58,895 nt of DNA from Phoronis australis (lineage: Eukaryota > Animalia > Phoronida). The notes below the pieces were generated by a model, which had not been told where the DNA came from, ran no database searches, and saw only the letters and a list, made by a program, of their open reading frames with translations. Positions within the stretch are counted from its first letter, which is position 1, and each line of letters opens with the position of its first letter. The position numbers and the translations under genes are program-made. The stretch is taken from positions 1,170,828 to 1,229,722 of the forward strand of contig NMRA01000058.1 of the NCBI GenBank assembly GCA_002633005.1. Direction: 5' to 3'. This document shows positions 13,060 through 25,058 of this stretch, one piece after another.

Positions 13060-13720
13060 TATGCAGTGTTATAAAGCAAGGTTTAATGATGCTGACCATG
13101 CAATCACCAGTCAAAATAAGGTAAATGATGACAGAGTGGGTTGGAAAAAAAGGCAACATAAACATTTTAGAAGAACGGAAAAAGCTTTTTCACACTTTTT
13201 CTCAAATGTTTATCAGGTGAACCAGATTTTGGAATATACTGAAGTATGTTCAAAACTGAGTTTGTGTCGATAAGCAGCGACATCTTGGCAATAATTTCCA
13301 TGCATCTCCCATTAATAATACGTCTTAAATCTTCGAGTTTGCACAATTCTAACCAATAACTAGTTCCCTTATTCAATCGAAATTTATCAGTTGTGCTTGA
13401 ACTGAAATCACATTTTCTCAAGATTAGGTACGTGTTATGCGTCAGCTTGGAACTTTAGGTTAATGCAACCAATTTTGACTTTAAAGAAGCATACCACCAA
13501 AAAGCAATGTACTTTGCATCAGTATAGATGGACAAGTTCTGCTCGATAACGACACGTTCAATGAGGGTTTTCTGGTACACCAAATAACATGCGGAGGTAC
13601 TGAAATTAGCCTGTGACATCATAGGAGCTACAGGTACACAGTCTGTTGCATCCCTCTCCACAAGACATTTATCCATGGACTTTATTGTTTCACACCACTA
13701 AAACTTCGACGCAAACCCTT
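13060..13720 (-). mobile_element. Decayed LINE ORF2 3' fragment
   Basis: KFRL...YWLELCK...CMEI segment resembles the ..CIKYWFKILEM.. region of the LINE at 56141. Many stops. Confidence 0.4.
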
Positions 13721-13912
13721 GTAGAAACATTGAAATTTCATGTAAAAAGGCCGCTTCATTTCACATTACTGATTTATAAAAATTTGATCGTGGTACTTCC
13801 TTAGTTCGCACGCGCAGAGTTTGAGCACGTTTAGCTAGATACATTCTGTACAAAGTATTTTACAAAGTATTTTACAAAGTATTTTACAAAGTATTTTTCT
13901 ACTGTCAACAGA

Positions 13913-14789
13913 CAGCATTTCAGAAGTGGACATCAAGAAAAGTCATTTTATTATCATATTTTGTACACATGTTCCCATCCTTATATGGAGAAATGTATGT
14001 TACATTATACATTATACATGCATTCTTTATTGCATCTCCCAGGTTGTGTGCAAACTTTAAGACCTTTGTGGGTTTATTCATGCTTTCCATTTGAAAACAT
14101 CAATGGAAAAATCATGCAGCTGTTTCATGGGACTCAAAATGTTAAAATGCAAATATTGTGTAGTATCAGTGAAGTGCAGAATATGTCAACATTTCTTCAC
14201 CATATCAAAGATGAAACCTTAAACAAGTGTGCTGAAAATGAATTGCAGGCACCAAATTTCGAAGCCTGTTTTAGGAACTCAATCTTTCCCTTACCTATTA
14301 GGAGCAAATTCAGCAGCCAATTTAAGAGACTTTGTTGTGACTAGATGTAAATGAATGCAATTTTATTCCCTCTAAATTACTCTGCTATACAAGACTTTCT
14401 TTGAGTGGTAGCACTTTACATTCTAAAACTTATGCAAAGTTAAAGTTAGAAACACTTTTCACAGTTAAATATTTCAATGTAAAAGCTCAGCAGTTTTGTT
14501 TTGACTCAATGAAGTATTACATATTAGCCAAAAAGGGTATTTGTGTAGAGGAACTTTGCCAATGTGAGTCAAAATTGTTGGCAGTAATTTATAAGTTAGA
14601 AGCCACTGGTGAGTCTGTTGTTAGTCAAAACCAATTAGGTGTCGATGTTCCCCACATAAAACTGGTGAATACGACTGATAAGATAAGAGTTATAGATGCA
14701 TAAAAAATTATAAGTGTTGAAGTTTTAGTCCTTGGGAAAATGGGCAAACATTTGTTTGCAGCTTTCCAAATGTTGTTGAATCTGATTAG
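13913..14789 (+). pseudogene. CACTA/EnSpm (CMC) transposase C-terminal region
   Basis: LYG...MHSLLHLPGCVQTLRPLWVYSCFPFENINGKIMQLFHGT motif and terminal FPNVVESD*. Frameshifted. Confidence 0.75.
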
Positions 14790-14914
14790 TTTTCAGAATC
14801 TGCTATAAATCTGTTTAATCCCGGATAAGTTGGAATCTGTTAAGCGGGATTTTCGCTTATCATGGATGGTTTCCTGTGGGATGGCTAGCATTTAATTCTT
14901 AGTATTGCTCTTAA

Positions 14915-16666
14915 AGACAGCGTCCAGCGGCCAAAACATCTTTTTGACACCAGAAATGCATTTATTGTTCATAAAAAATATTGTTTTTGCTTCTTACATA
15001 CCATGGAAAGTAATTAATTGCGACACAAATTACACCGCTCATAATTCGTAGCCCCTTCGAGCGCCCCACAAAAAATCTAAACCAATCAGCGTAAAGTGGT
15101 TCATGTGACATCATCGTGGCTACGAACTTACTGAGGAGCCACACTGCGTAACAGCTGAGTGCCATTTCTTGGACGTTCTGCACTTGTCGATCTCTGGGCT
15201 AAAATGCCTCTTTGGTGTGCGGGTGTAGCAATGTCAGCGGCAATGGGATACATTTGCACAACTCCCCCCCCGATCACGTCGTGTGCCGTGCGTGGAATAG
15301 ATCCGTATCCACGACAAGGCCTGGCGACAAACTTTCCCGATCGGCAAGATCTGACTTAGGCTTGGTGCATAGCTGTATACAAAATCTACAGCTTCGCTTC
15401 GATGTGGGTAAAATGGACTAAATAAAATCTGACGCAAAAATAGTGTCATTAAAAGCTGCACCGCTCTTTGAGTAAACCAAATTATTTACCGGTGTTGTCG
15501 TTCTAGGCCTACCGCTCATCTACTGCCAGAATTGAACTGCACTCTTGGGAGTCGGCGTTTGGCGATTACGTCACCTGACCTGAACAGTTTCTTTCCCCCC
15601 GGTTTATTCTTCTATCACCTGTTCTTTGCACTGTTCCGGCCCAGAATATAGGAAAACCGGCCCAAATCCGGAATATTCTGTCTGATTTGGGTCGTTCCCG
15701 TTGGCCTAACGGAATTCTGATACTGAATTTAAAACGTTCAATTGATTACAAATTCATATGACTGGGTATGTTTTCATGCAATACAGACTTTATTTCGTAG
15801 TTTTAATTTATTACAGACATGCACAATGTTGTGTTGCTATTGAATTTTCAATTTTTTTAACTTGACCGATTACGGGTTGCAGCATTTCAAGACAACTTAT
15901 TTTGAAAATTGAGTTCCTAATATAAAATTTTCAATTAATTTGAATATAGTTGCATTGTACGAAAAGATCATGCTGATGTGTGCTGTAAGCCTAACGTTTC
16001 TAAGTATTTTGCACCAAATTAAATGGCCTGTACCCATACGGGACACACACACTGGACAGCCGTCCGTATTGGAATCGCGCAGCGTTCAAACCTTCGGCTT
16101 CAAAAAGACATGAATGGAAAGTTACTAACATCAAAGATTTTGTATCAAACAAATTACACTTTATAATAAACATTGGGAAATTGCTGATAACAATTCAGAC
16201 GAAGCGTTTTGTTTTTCCGGCTGTTTCGACGGCACCAGTCACACTCCCGGGAATTCCCATACGGGCCCGTATTAGAATGTGTGCTAAATAATTGAATAAA
16301 AATTCTAAATGTAGTGATTTTGATTAATTTTAGTATTAACTGACGTGAAATGAAAAATTAATGTGTTTCATTGATTTTCCACGTATTGTGCACTAAATTA
16401 AAAAACGAGTCATCTCTGATTCCAATACTCTGGAGACACGGTGAAAGCCAAATTCGTTGTAACGATGACGTCATAGACTTCGATTAGTGCAAGCGCCGTC
16501 TCAAGTTTTTTTGGCGCTAAATGGGGTTCGTGATGGGGCTAATGTATTGTCGAAAGCCTACTTAATTAATGACTGGGGTATGCTATGCCACAGTGTTTCG
16601 ATGCTTTTTATCAATAAATGTATTCTAGATGTAAAAATTTAGTCATTTTGGCACCATACTTGGCCT
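14915..16666 (+). mobile_element. Old non-autonomous Kolobok with THAP remnant
   Basis: TTAA|AGAC... left and ...GGCCT|TTAT right, with degenerate ~200-bp inverted similarity. Broken THAP at 15204-15330 (CGCSN...HLHNSP...RAW). Confidence 0.55.
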
Positions 16667-17179
16667 TTATGTCAAACTTCGCTTAAGTTGGATGGAAATG
16701 GGCAGTCCGATTTAACCTGGCTTCTCTGGAGTATTTAGTTACACAATTGAAGTTTGTCACATTTGAGATTGCTACATTTGCATTTTGGTGCATGGTTGTA
16801 ACAGTTGTATTTAAAATATATATGGGACATGAAAAAACCTGGAGCTTGTTTCTTTCTGCAAAAGGCGTGTATTATTAGGGACGGCTAGTTTGACCTCAAT
16901 GCACCCGGAAAATTCTGAGTGATTGTGCCTTTTAGTTTTAATTGTAGCAGCTTCTCTGAAAAATTACCTTAAGCTAAAAAACTGTGACTAGAAAGTTGAC
17001 AGTTGAAGAACGTTTTATCTAATGTGTTCATATGCCAATCAATATAATGATTCAAAGATGCTGTCTCTTTTTATAGTCTTCATCCAAGTTTCACTCAAAG
17101 ATATTCTGCAAACATCCAAAGACTTGGACCCTGAAAATTCTGTGAACACTACATAAATTTTTATCTGCGCCTCGATCTT

Positions 17180-17453
17180 CAGTGAACGTGTGCACTTGAT
17201 CTAAGTTTCTTGCTAACATTCTGCGAATGTGTACCACCACTTTTAACATTACCGAGAACTTTCCGCAAACAACCGGTCTTTCCGCGACTATTCTGCGAAC
17301 ATCCAGGTTTCTGCGACTTCACGGCAAGTTCGCCGCAATGTTTGCAGTAATGTTCGCGGCTTCCTGCGAACATCTGCGAACTTTTGAAAGTAACAAATTT
17401 GTTTGCCGCAAGTTTGCAGCAAGCTTGCCGCAAACATTTCATTTTGGTAAGGG
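17180..17453. repeat. Right end of the CACTA/EnSpm element with subterminal repeats
   Basis: Repeated TTCTGCGAAC/TTGCCGCAA motifs ending ...TTTCATTTTGGTAAGGG, downstream of the CMC transposase remnant. Confidence 0.6.
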
Positions 17454-18040
17454 CAGTAGAATCAGGTATGAATTAATCAAAAGTGAGACATAAAAATATT
17501 CCATGGTTTATCATACATTATCAACAACATTTCATCAGAATGCTCTCTACTTTTGACTTTGCTTCAAAATTGAAACATACAACTCTCCTAGGCGTTAAAT
17601 AATTATTTGCTCGGCTACGTGGCATTCACTGCTTTGAAGAAATAGGTCAACCAAGTTTGGAGTCTAGGTCACAGGGTTACAGATATCAACTGCACAGACA
17701 CGTTGCACGAACGTAGCTACAAGTACGTGAACCCCAAAAAATCCCGTAGCGATACGACACAAGTTTTGCACACATTGTGTATTTCCAAAAAGCAACATTC
17801 TCTTCCCTACACACAGAAGCTACGGCCCTGTGTTGATTTGTCAAATCCCTAGGCTGGGGACATTGGGCAAATTCCATGACGCACCTTGCCCAGCTAAAAA
17901 TTGACCGTCGGACAACTATCGTCCAACGGTTGAGAGTTAGCTAATGTGAACACAATAGCCCACAATAGCCCATTGAATTCAGGTCAGCTGCTTGGGCTGC
18001 TTGGTCACGTACGTAATCCCTTAATGACACCTTATTATGT

Positions 18041-19404
18041 CATAAAGCTGCGTGCCTGTCAACTGCTGGTAAAAAACCTTAAGTTTATTTTAAAAATGTA
18101 CCTGCTTAACCGAATTCCTCGCGAAAAACTAAGCATCTTAGAACTTTGAATTTTCTTGCTAGACCAGAAAATAAAGTTTTTATTAATATAAAGATTTACC
18201 ACCTTGTGTACGAGCACAGCGTAAGAATTTACAAAGCGCATTTCGTGGTTCGCCTCCATGAGACAACTTATAATTTCCAACCAATATGCCAAAATATACG
18301 ATAATCAATTTGTTTCAATAAAAAACAAGTCCAGAATATAGCATAATACACAATAAGGAGAAATACGTTGTTAAAACGAATAGCAATTGAGAACTTGTTT
18401 TTAAGCGTAGGCATACATTCGTAATTTTCCGAAGTAAACAATCACACGTGCTTCAGTCGAACTTCCCGTGATATCTGAGTAGGAACTACGTGACGGCGGA
18501 TTTTTCAAAGTAGGCGAGAAGTGCCAAGCTCTGGATAAGTGTGGCAACACGGCAGTCACTGACCGTGCATGGACGAGCGTGTAAGCACCAATTTGCTTCG
18601 TTAAAGCATAGACTATAGTACATGGACCGCCAACTCCGTATACTTTCAATGGACGAAATCTGTGAGCTTACGCACAAGCCCTTACGTCATTATTCACTGG
18701 CGACACCTGGCTAAATTTTCTGGTGCAATTTCCGGCAAGTACGTCGTCTGCTAATCATGGTCGGCTACTGTGTGGCCGGTTGTTCGGCCACACACGCGAA
18801 ATGCAAAGGAATTAGCTTCCGTACCATCCGAAGACCCCATAATCGGCTGTGGGAAGAAAACCTTACTTCTTGTGTCAACGTGAATGGCAGTTGTTTCAGC
18901 AATAAGACTTTATACATTTGTTCAAGGCACTTCGAAGATGAATGTATTAAGAGACTCTACTACTTTATCCTGTCTTCACAAATCCATTTTTGTTTTCTCC
19001 GTTTTGATGAAAACTATCTGGTAAACTTTTTGGCGAAAATTATCCGCTAATTTTCTTCCAAAGGTAGTGACTCGTACACTCTTGTCCTTACGAGGAAGTT
19101 CAGCCATAGCCTAGTGAGCGAATTAATCAAACTACATGTACTCTTCGCTGGCCCTGATCAGACGGTTGGTCTCCGCAGAATGCGCACATTTGGCCAGGAT
19201 TTGGATCAGCGATTTCAACAAATTCACATTCGTGTACAAATAAATAGAACGCTGGTAAAACCTTTAACATAAATAAAGATTACATTAATATTTCATAAAT
19301 AACCACCCAGACCAGTCGAAATCTATCTCGCAATCCAACAGCAGGTTACACACTCGTTTCATGTCGAATATATGCCGCACAAAATCTCTCGACTGCAGTC
19401 TATG
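18041..19404. mobile_element. Foldback element with P-element-like CATA... termini
   Basis: CATAAAGCTGC ... GCAGTCTATG ends. Patchy inverted similarity between ~18041-18530 and ~18950-19404 (e.g. TGTACCTGCT / AGCAGGTTACA). No clean TSD. Confidence 0.45.
18757..18953 (+). pseudogene. THAP domain remnant
   Basis: MVGYCVAGC...ISF...W...YICSRHFEDEC. THAP similarity stops where the foldback arm starts. Confidence 0.7.
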
Positions 19405-19599
19405 AAAATGCAACCAACTTCTTTGAAAACATAGAACGCGAACACCAGACGGGTTTAAAGGTTGTTTTTATTCTTTAATGTTATTTTTTGTAAGCAGACA
19501 TATGGTTTTTTAAATTTCCGCCTTAAGTCCTAACATTTCTAAACTTAAGCCTTTCAAACGAACGTTTACTGACGAAAACAAAATTCTTAAACCAGTTTT

Positions 19600-21115
19600 G
19601 TAAAGTCCTATGCCACCTGTAGGGTACATAATGAGCCAATCCCACTCCTAATGTAACAAAAGGGTCCCGTGCATAAAGGATACTAAGTATTGCCCTTCTG
19701 AAATATTACCGTATGCGCCCTAATAAGGTTCCAGGGTTCTTAGAAAATCCGCTTCAGGAAGGGGGTGTTTATTATAGCCCAAAAGTGGTTGAAACCCGGT
19801 CTCCGAAACAGGTGAAATCGTAAGCTAGAATTCATCAAAGTTACACTCTGCGACGCATCTGTAACCTATGAACAGAGTTTCTACAAAACTGCAGTGCATT
19901 GCTATCAAACTTTGTTGTCAACTTACGAGCATTTTTCAGAAAATACCACTGTCAAAAATTGCCGTGAATCAGGTTTCCAGCTCCTCAGCTTGGTTCAACT
20001 GTATATTAATAAACCATAAAAATGGTTCCAAGTGATCAGTGCAATGCCTGCGAACGTTTAATAAATGTGTATCATGCAGCTCCTGATTTAAACAAAGGTC
20101 TGTTTTTTTAAATTTTGGTCCGGTATAAATAACGCCACAGACCTGGAAATCCAGCGAAACACTTCTACCTTACCTGACAATCCCTAGTCTCAGAAAATTT
20201 GAGCACCCGGCAAAAAATACTAATGATGAAATTTTGGTGATGATAATCACATGATGAAATTTTGGTGATGATAATCACCCACTTTGTTTATTTACTTCAC
20301 CTCAATTTGAAATACTTGGTCAAATGAAGCCCATTCGAGTAAGCATCATGTGGGTCCCAATGCCAACCCAATATATGATAGAACCCAACAAGCTCAAGTT
20401 GCAGTCAAATCAGGAAATTTACTGTATCAACAGATTGGCCAAATAAGAATAAGATACAAAGTGTTGCTACAGTGCACACGTGCACGATACTTCGTCTATT
20501 ATTTTCCCGCCGTAAATGCATGAACCAATCAGATCACCAATAGCGCAAAGTTTTCGAAAACAGCTCGATTTTTAGGGAGTCCTGTTTTACTGTTCTATTT
20601 ATTTTCAAAATGTTATTGTGTTACATTTAGTTTATTTTCTGTTCAACTCAATGAAGCCACCTAATATGAATGGATTCAACACAATTAATGCATTGTAAAA
20701 ACCAAAAGTTATGCTCTATCAACGTTAGACAAAATCAATACACCCCTTTCTTAAAAAATGGGTTAAAAGTTAGAAACAAAGGACACAAGTTTCCATCACT
20801 TGTAACGTCGATTTTCGACATTGATGTTGGGGAGGAACAACAGTCTGGCGACAGCAACACCTAATCATACGAAGGTGCTGATTTTTAAAATTTGATTCGT
20901 TTTCGTAGTATGTCTTTTTTCCCTATGGTTCAGGGCTACTTCTGAATCCAGGAACAAGAACTGAAAAAGGCAGGGTTCGTGATAATGTTGGGAACGGTAA
21001 CATTTATATAAGGTGTTACAACTGTCATCGATATTGTCATCTCCTCTGTTTTCATCCAACCTTCCCTGATGAAAACTTGAATGAAGAGGACCTTCAGTAC
21101 TCGAGTGAGCATGGT
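19600..21115 (-). pseudogene. Decayed SWIM-finger gene of the type paired with THAP transposases (YqaJ-exonuclease gene family)
   Basis: Fragments FFIREG...KCYRSQHYHEP (~20975-21090), an eroded CxC..G..xH segment (~20340-20410) and YGNI/AILS (~19680-19720). Recognised by eye only. Confidence 0.4.
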
Positions 21116-21979
21116 ATACTGTTTGATTTATGTTGAATTATTCAACGGTTCTTTTAAGAACCATTTCACGCTATAGCTATAAACATGCTTTCGTAGTTTT
21201 CTCAGTAGGCCTATGTGAACCATAAATCAAAAACTGTCCGATAACTATGCTGCTACCGTATTGGGCAAGCAGACGACATAATCAGTCGGCACCGAAGTTT
21301 GAATTTTGTAATTAATTACCAGTAGCATTGCCAAAAGTACCCACAATACCAACATTTCTACTGTTGAAAGACTTTGAAAACGTTTCAATGCCGAAATTAA
21401 TATTTTTTTCGTTGTTTTGGACAGTAAAGTAGATGCAGGTATTTCTCGTCAAAATACATTAACCGGAAACTGCACCAGAAAGGTCAGGAGAGTTCAGCTC
21501 AGCATGTAAGGATATGCCTAGGCTACTACACAGACCCTCGAGGTTGGTTGGGGTCTGCTACAGCGCACTTTTCCATGTGCATTCTTGGAATATCATTGGC
21601 TGTTCCGATTTCAAGAAACAAGGCATTCTATTGGTCAGTTGAATAATAGGTCAAACTAGTTCACCAACATGGCGACTTCCAGTAAGGGAAGAATGTCGAT
21701 GGATTTATAGCTGTTTAAATCTCTCTGTTCTCGTCAAACTACCGCATTTCAAAGCTAACGAGTCAAGGAATACATCAGCAGTAACGTATACGAAACATTT
21801 AATGATAATTATTGTCTTGTATACTGTGCTGTATTCTGAAGTGATGTGACATTTTACGAAATAATTTGTGGAAGAGATAGCCTTTAGCTGATTAGGCCAT
21901 TCAAAACAAGTCATTTTAGGCACACTATAGCACCGAATAGCGGGAAAGGAGTAGCTAAGTGGCCACGGGAGATTGCCTC

Positions 21980-22516
21980 TGTTGTAGATGTGCTTCCGGT
22001 GAATTATATGAGCCTCTGTTAGCTACTCGCTAACGGGCAATTTCCTATTAGCTGAATGGTTAGCACGCTTGCCGGTTTTATGGGGGTCGCGGGTTCGATC
22101 CCCGAGTCGGGTGATCTCGGCTATTACTACAAATGGCGTAGTCGGCAAACGGATGATCTACCGATGAAGCACTGCCAACTAGTACCCACGGACCTCGGGA
22201 CAGCGCGCGTGGAAGGTTCCTGGAGTCAAGGACCTGTATGAGAGACGACCTTGTGTTCACCTGTGTTGTGGTGGTAAAGGTACCAAGGGACGTTGATGAC
22301 CTGTATGCGAGACATCCTGGTGTTCACCGTCCTGTCGCGTGCCCGTTCCGTAGGAAAGGGGAAATGTTGTAGATGTGCTTCCGGTGAATTATATGAGCCT
22401 CTGTTAGCTACTCGCTAACGGGCAATTGCCTATTAGCTGAATGGTTAGCACGCTTGCCGGTTTTATGGGGGTCGCGGGTTCGATCCCCGAGTCGGGTGAT
22501 CTCGGCTATTACTACA
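21980..22516 (+). mobile_element. Miniature non-autonomous LTR retrotransposon (TRIM) with tRNA-derived LTRs (Helenus-like)
   Basis: 152-bp LTRs 21980-22131 and 22365-22516 (TG...CA, one mismatch). 4-bp TSD CCTC. PBS TGGCGTAGTCGGCA at 22134-22147. PPT AGGAAAGGGGAAA at 22352-22364. No coding capacity. Confidence 0.92.
22043..22114 (+). promoter_or_regulatory. tRNA-like Pol III internal promoter in the 5' LTR (second copy at ~22428-22499)
   Basis: A box TAGCTGAATGG (22049) and B box GGTTCGATCCC (22092) at tRNA spacing. D-arm and T-arm pairing are visible. Confidence 0.75.
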
Positions 22517-22699
22517 CCTCGATCTTTTCAGGGCACACCCTCTCGTATGTTAACATGTTCATGTACGTTATGTAAGCTTCCGTGATTACCGTGAAGGTTG
22601 AATTATTGGGTCAGATAAGGATATGTGCTGAAATACTGCTATTTATGACATTGTCGTTGTAATGTATAGTACACTGGCATACTTGTCACTACCCACAGA

Positions 22700-25050
22700 A
22701 GTTAGGAGCATAAAAATACAGTCAATGTTCCTAAACACTCAAACATTAACCAGTCTAGCAATAGTTTTATAATGACTGACATTGCTTTTGTCGGTGCCAA
22801 TCAGCAGTGCCTCTGTCTCTGACTGCCATCCTACAGTCGTACAGAGTATTCAATTATTTCGGAGGGTGTTTGTTGCTGTGAAATAAGGATTGTACACACT
22901 CTTTTGTATAGTCAGCAAGATAAAACCTCACGCTTTTTTGAGTTGGAACAGTGATTAAAACTGATCCATTTTGGTGAGAGCCTCAATGGAAGAATCAACT
23001 TTTCTGATAACATAATTATGCAAAGTTATTATTTACAGGGAATTGAATTTCATCAAAAAGCTCTCTGGGCTGTATTCTTTTTAAAGCAACAAACCTCAGT
23101 TAAATATGAAACTTTCAGTGGTTTTGGTGCTAAAATGGATCATTTTGTACAGTTCCAACCAAAACGTAAATATTTTTGTGTGGAATTTATTTGGAAATTC
23201 ACCCTTTCGTGGTGACTTGCAATTCCCGAGTCACTGGTCAGAGTGTCACATTTGATCATGTGAAACCTATGCAAGTCTCCTCTCTCCTGGACCCCGACAT
23301 TTTTTCTTTCCACGTTCACATGATGTCAAGTGTTGTAGAGTTTGAGACAATCATCTATAAATATCAGTCTAATTACAAAACAAGATCTCAGAACCATTCT
23401 AAAACATTCTGAAACTACTAAGGTTCGCTGTAATCAAAGCATCCTGGAGTTAGACATTGTAAGCAAGCGAACTTTAAAAACCTGGTTCGTTAAAATGACT
23501 ACTAGTTGCAAAAACATATCACATTTCAAAATTGGGAGCTCAGGGTACTTCAAAGATTTTAAGCTGGGTCACTAAACCCAAATTGACAGTTTCTTGTGCG
23601 TTACTGGGGTTGTATTTTTATCCAGGCAATAGTCACTCACTGACAATCCAAATTTTGAGAACAAGTTTTAACGTCTGCTATTCAGTGAAAAATAGGTTCC
23701 TGTTATACAGTAGAAAACACTGGTTCTCAAGTTGGGGGTGCCCTGTATGTTACATTATGTTTTGCTCAGTGTTTTGAGCAACATGATAGTGTTTCATTCT
23801 TGTAGTTATGATCTACATAATACAGCAGTGATTTTAGTCAACGTTTCGGTCTTTTCGAACAGTTTTTCAAAATTACAAATTTGACTCTTACTGAGGGGGC
23901 CTCCTCGTGGCAAGAGTTGGGCAGTGTGAAATGCTTCAGAACATTCGCACTGGCAAACACCCTCACGTTGACATCATTAATGTGTTCCTAGAAATAGTAT
24001 ACCCATAAGCTACAAAACACACAACATGCCAAGAAATTTATCTAACCATTGGGAACTTTAGTTTGCTGATGTATTGATTAGAAATATGGTTTAGCTTAGC
24101 GATAAACTTGAGTACTAAGTCTGGGTATTAACATAGCCGTGGGCGCACAACAGGACTATCCCCTCGTCATTGCAATCCCTTCCCCTGATAGAAACTCATT
24201 TCAGTTTTGTTCTTGCCTAGCTTCCCTGTCCCTGTCCCCTGTTCATGCAGTGCTTCCAAGTTGCCTCACATTACAGTCATTGGTTGCCAACAATTTCAAG
24301 TTTAGCAACCTCTTGAATAATTCAGACTACACCAGTGTTGCTATGGGAATAGGTTACTAAAGACACGACTGCCATTCAAGTTGCACATTCCTTGCTTTGC
24401 GAAAGCATAAACCATTATGAAATTAACACCTAGGCCCTGGGTTTCAACTTTTTACTCAGAATTATTTTTGTTATTTTCTGAACTAGTTTTGTTTGAACTT
24501 GAGATAAGTTTCTTTTATTCTATGTGCTTATTGATGGCAATTAATGATCCCAGCATTAGAGCTAAGAGTTTGAGAAAGAGGTTTTGCTAGAAATCTTGAG
24601 TTTTTACTCAAATTTTAGCTCGAATCTATTGGTCATTAAGTACTATCTTGATCTCCCAAGAAAGTGGACTAGAAGTGACAAAAACAATTTCGAGTTTGAT
24701 TTGAATTGAAAGTTTCACTCTGGATGTGTATTCCCAAAACATGATCGCATAATCCCTAGGGTTTTAAATCAATCCATACAAGACTGGGCTGGAATCTGTT
24801 TAGTCCAAAAAGCATTTAAATGCTATGTGGAGAATAATAAAACATCTCTACTAAACTGTGTTGAAAAAATAAACCCTTTTGAAGTTCCGTATCCACAAAT
24901 TGTACCATTTTTCTAGCTGCTGTTAACCCAACCTCTTTGTAGAATCGTCACCTAACAATATAAGACTGGTCTGGTACAAACAATGTTGTTTATGGCCAAA
25001 TTAGTAGCAAAAATCACAAGCACTCACACGAAGATTGGCATTGGATTTGG
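22700..25050 (-). pseudogene. Very old transposase relic, possibly KDZ/CxC type
   Basis: Eroded motifs AFNAFW-like...C..xG.HP (~24720-24830), CSYGY...LMM/QREG (~23960-24020) and LHRFH...HERVN.QINS (~23180-23275). Many stops. Confidence 0.3.
24434..24715. mobile_element. Older copy of the Harbinger-type MITE seen at 9081
   Basis: GGCCCTGGGTTTCAACTTTTTACTCAG start, then collinear ..GAACTT(G/A)AGATAA.. and ..AATTTCGAGTT.. segments. Confidence 0.45.
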
Positions 25051-25058
25051 ATACTAGT

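Larger units (their letters stand above)
18679..21511. mobile_element. ISL2EU-like (PIF/Harbinger-related) element remnant: THAP on +, SWIM-type gene on -
   Basis: Inverted ends CCTTAC...TTTCTGGTGCAATTTCCGG / CCGGAAACTGCACCAGAAA...GTAAGG enclosing two convergent coding remnants. Confidence 0.5.

Noticed and set aside
13850-13897. (ACAAAGTATTTT)x4, and a 28-bp tandem pair at ~20223-20278
   Set aside because: Ordinary slippage repeats.
22043-22114. Functional tRNA gene
   Set aside because: The anticodon arm and acceptor stem are degenerate, and the unit is duplicated as part of LTRs.
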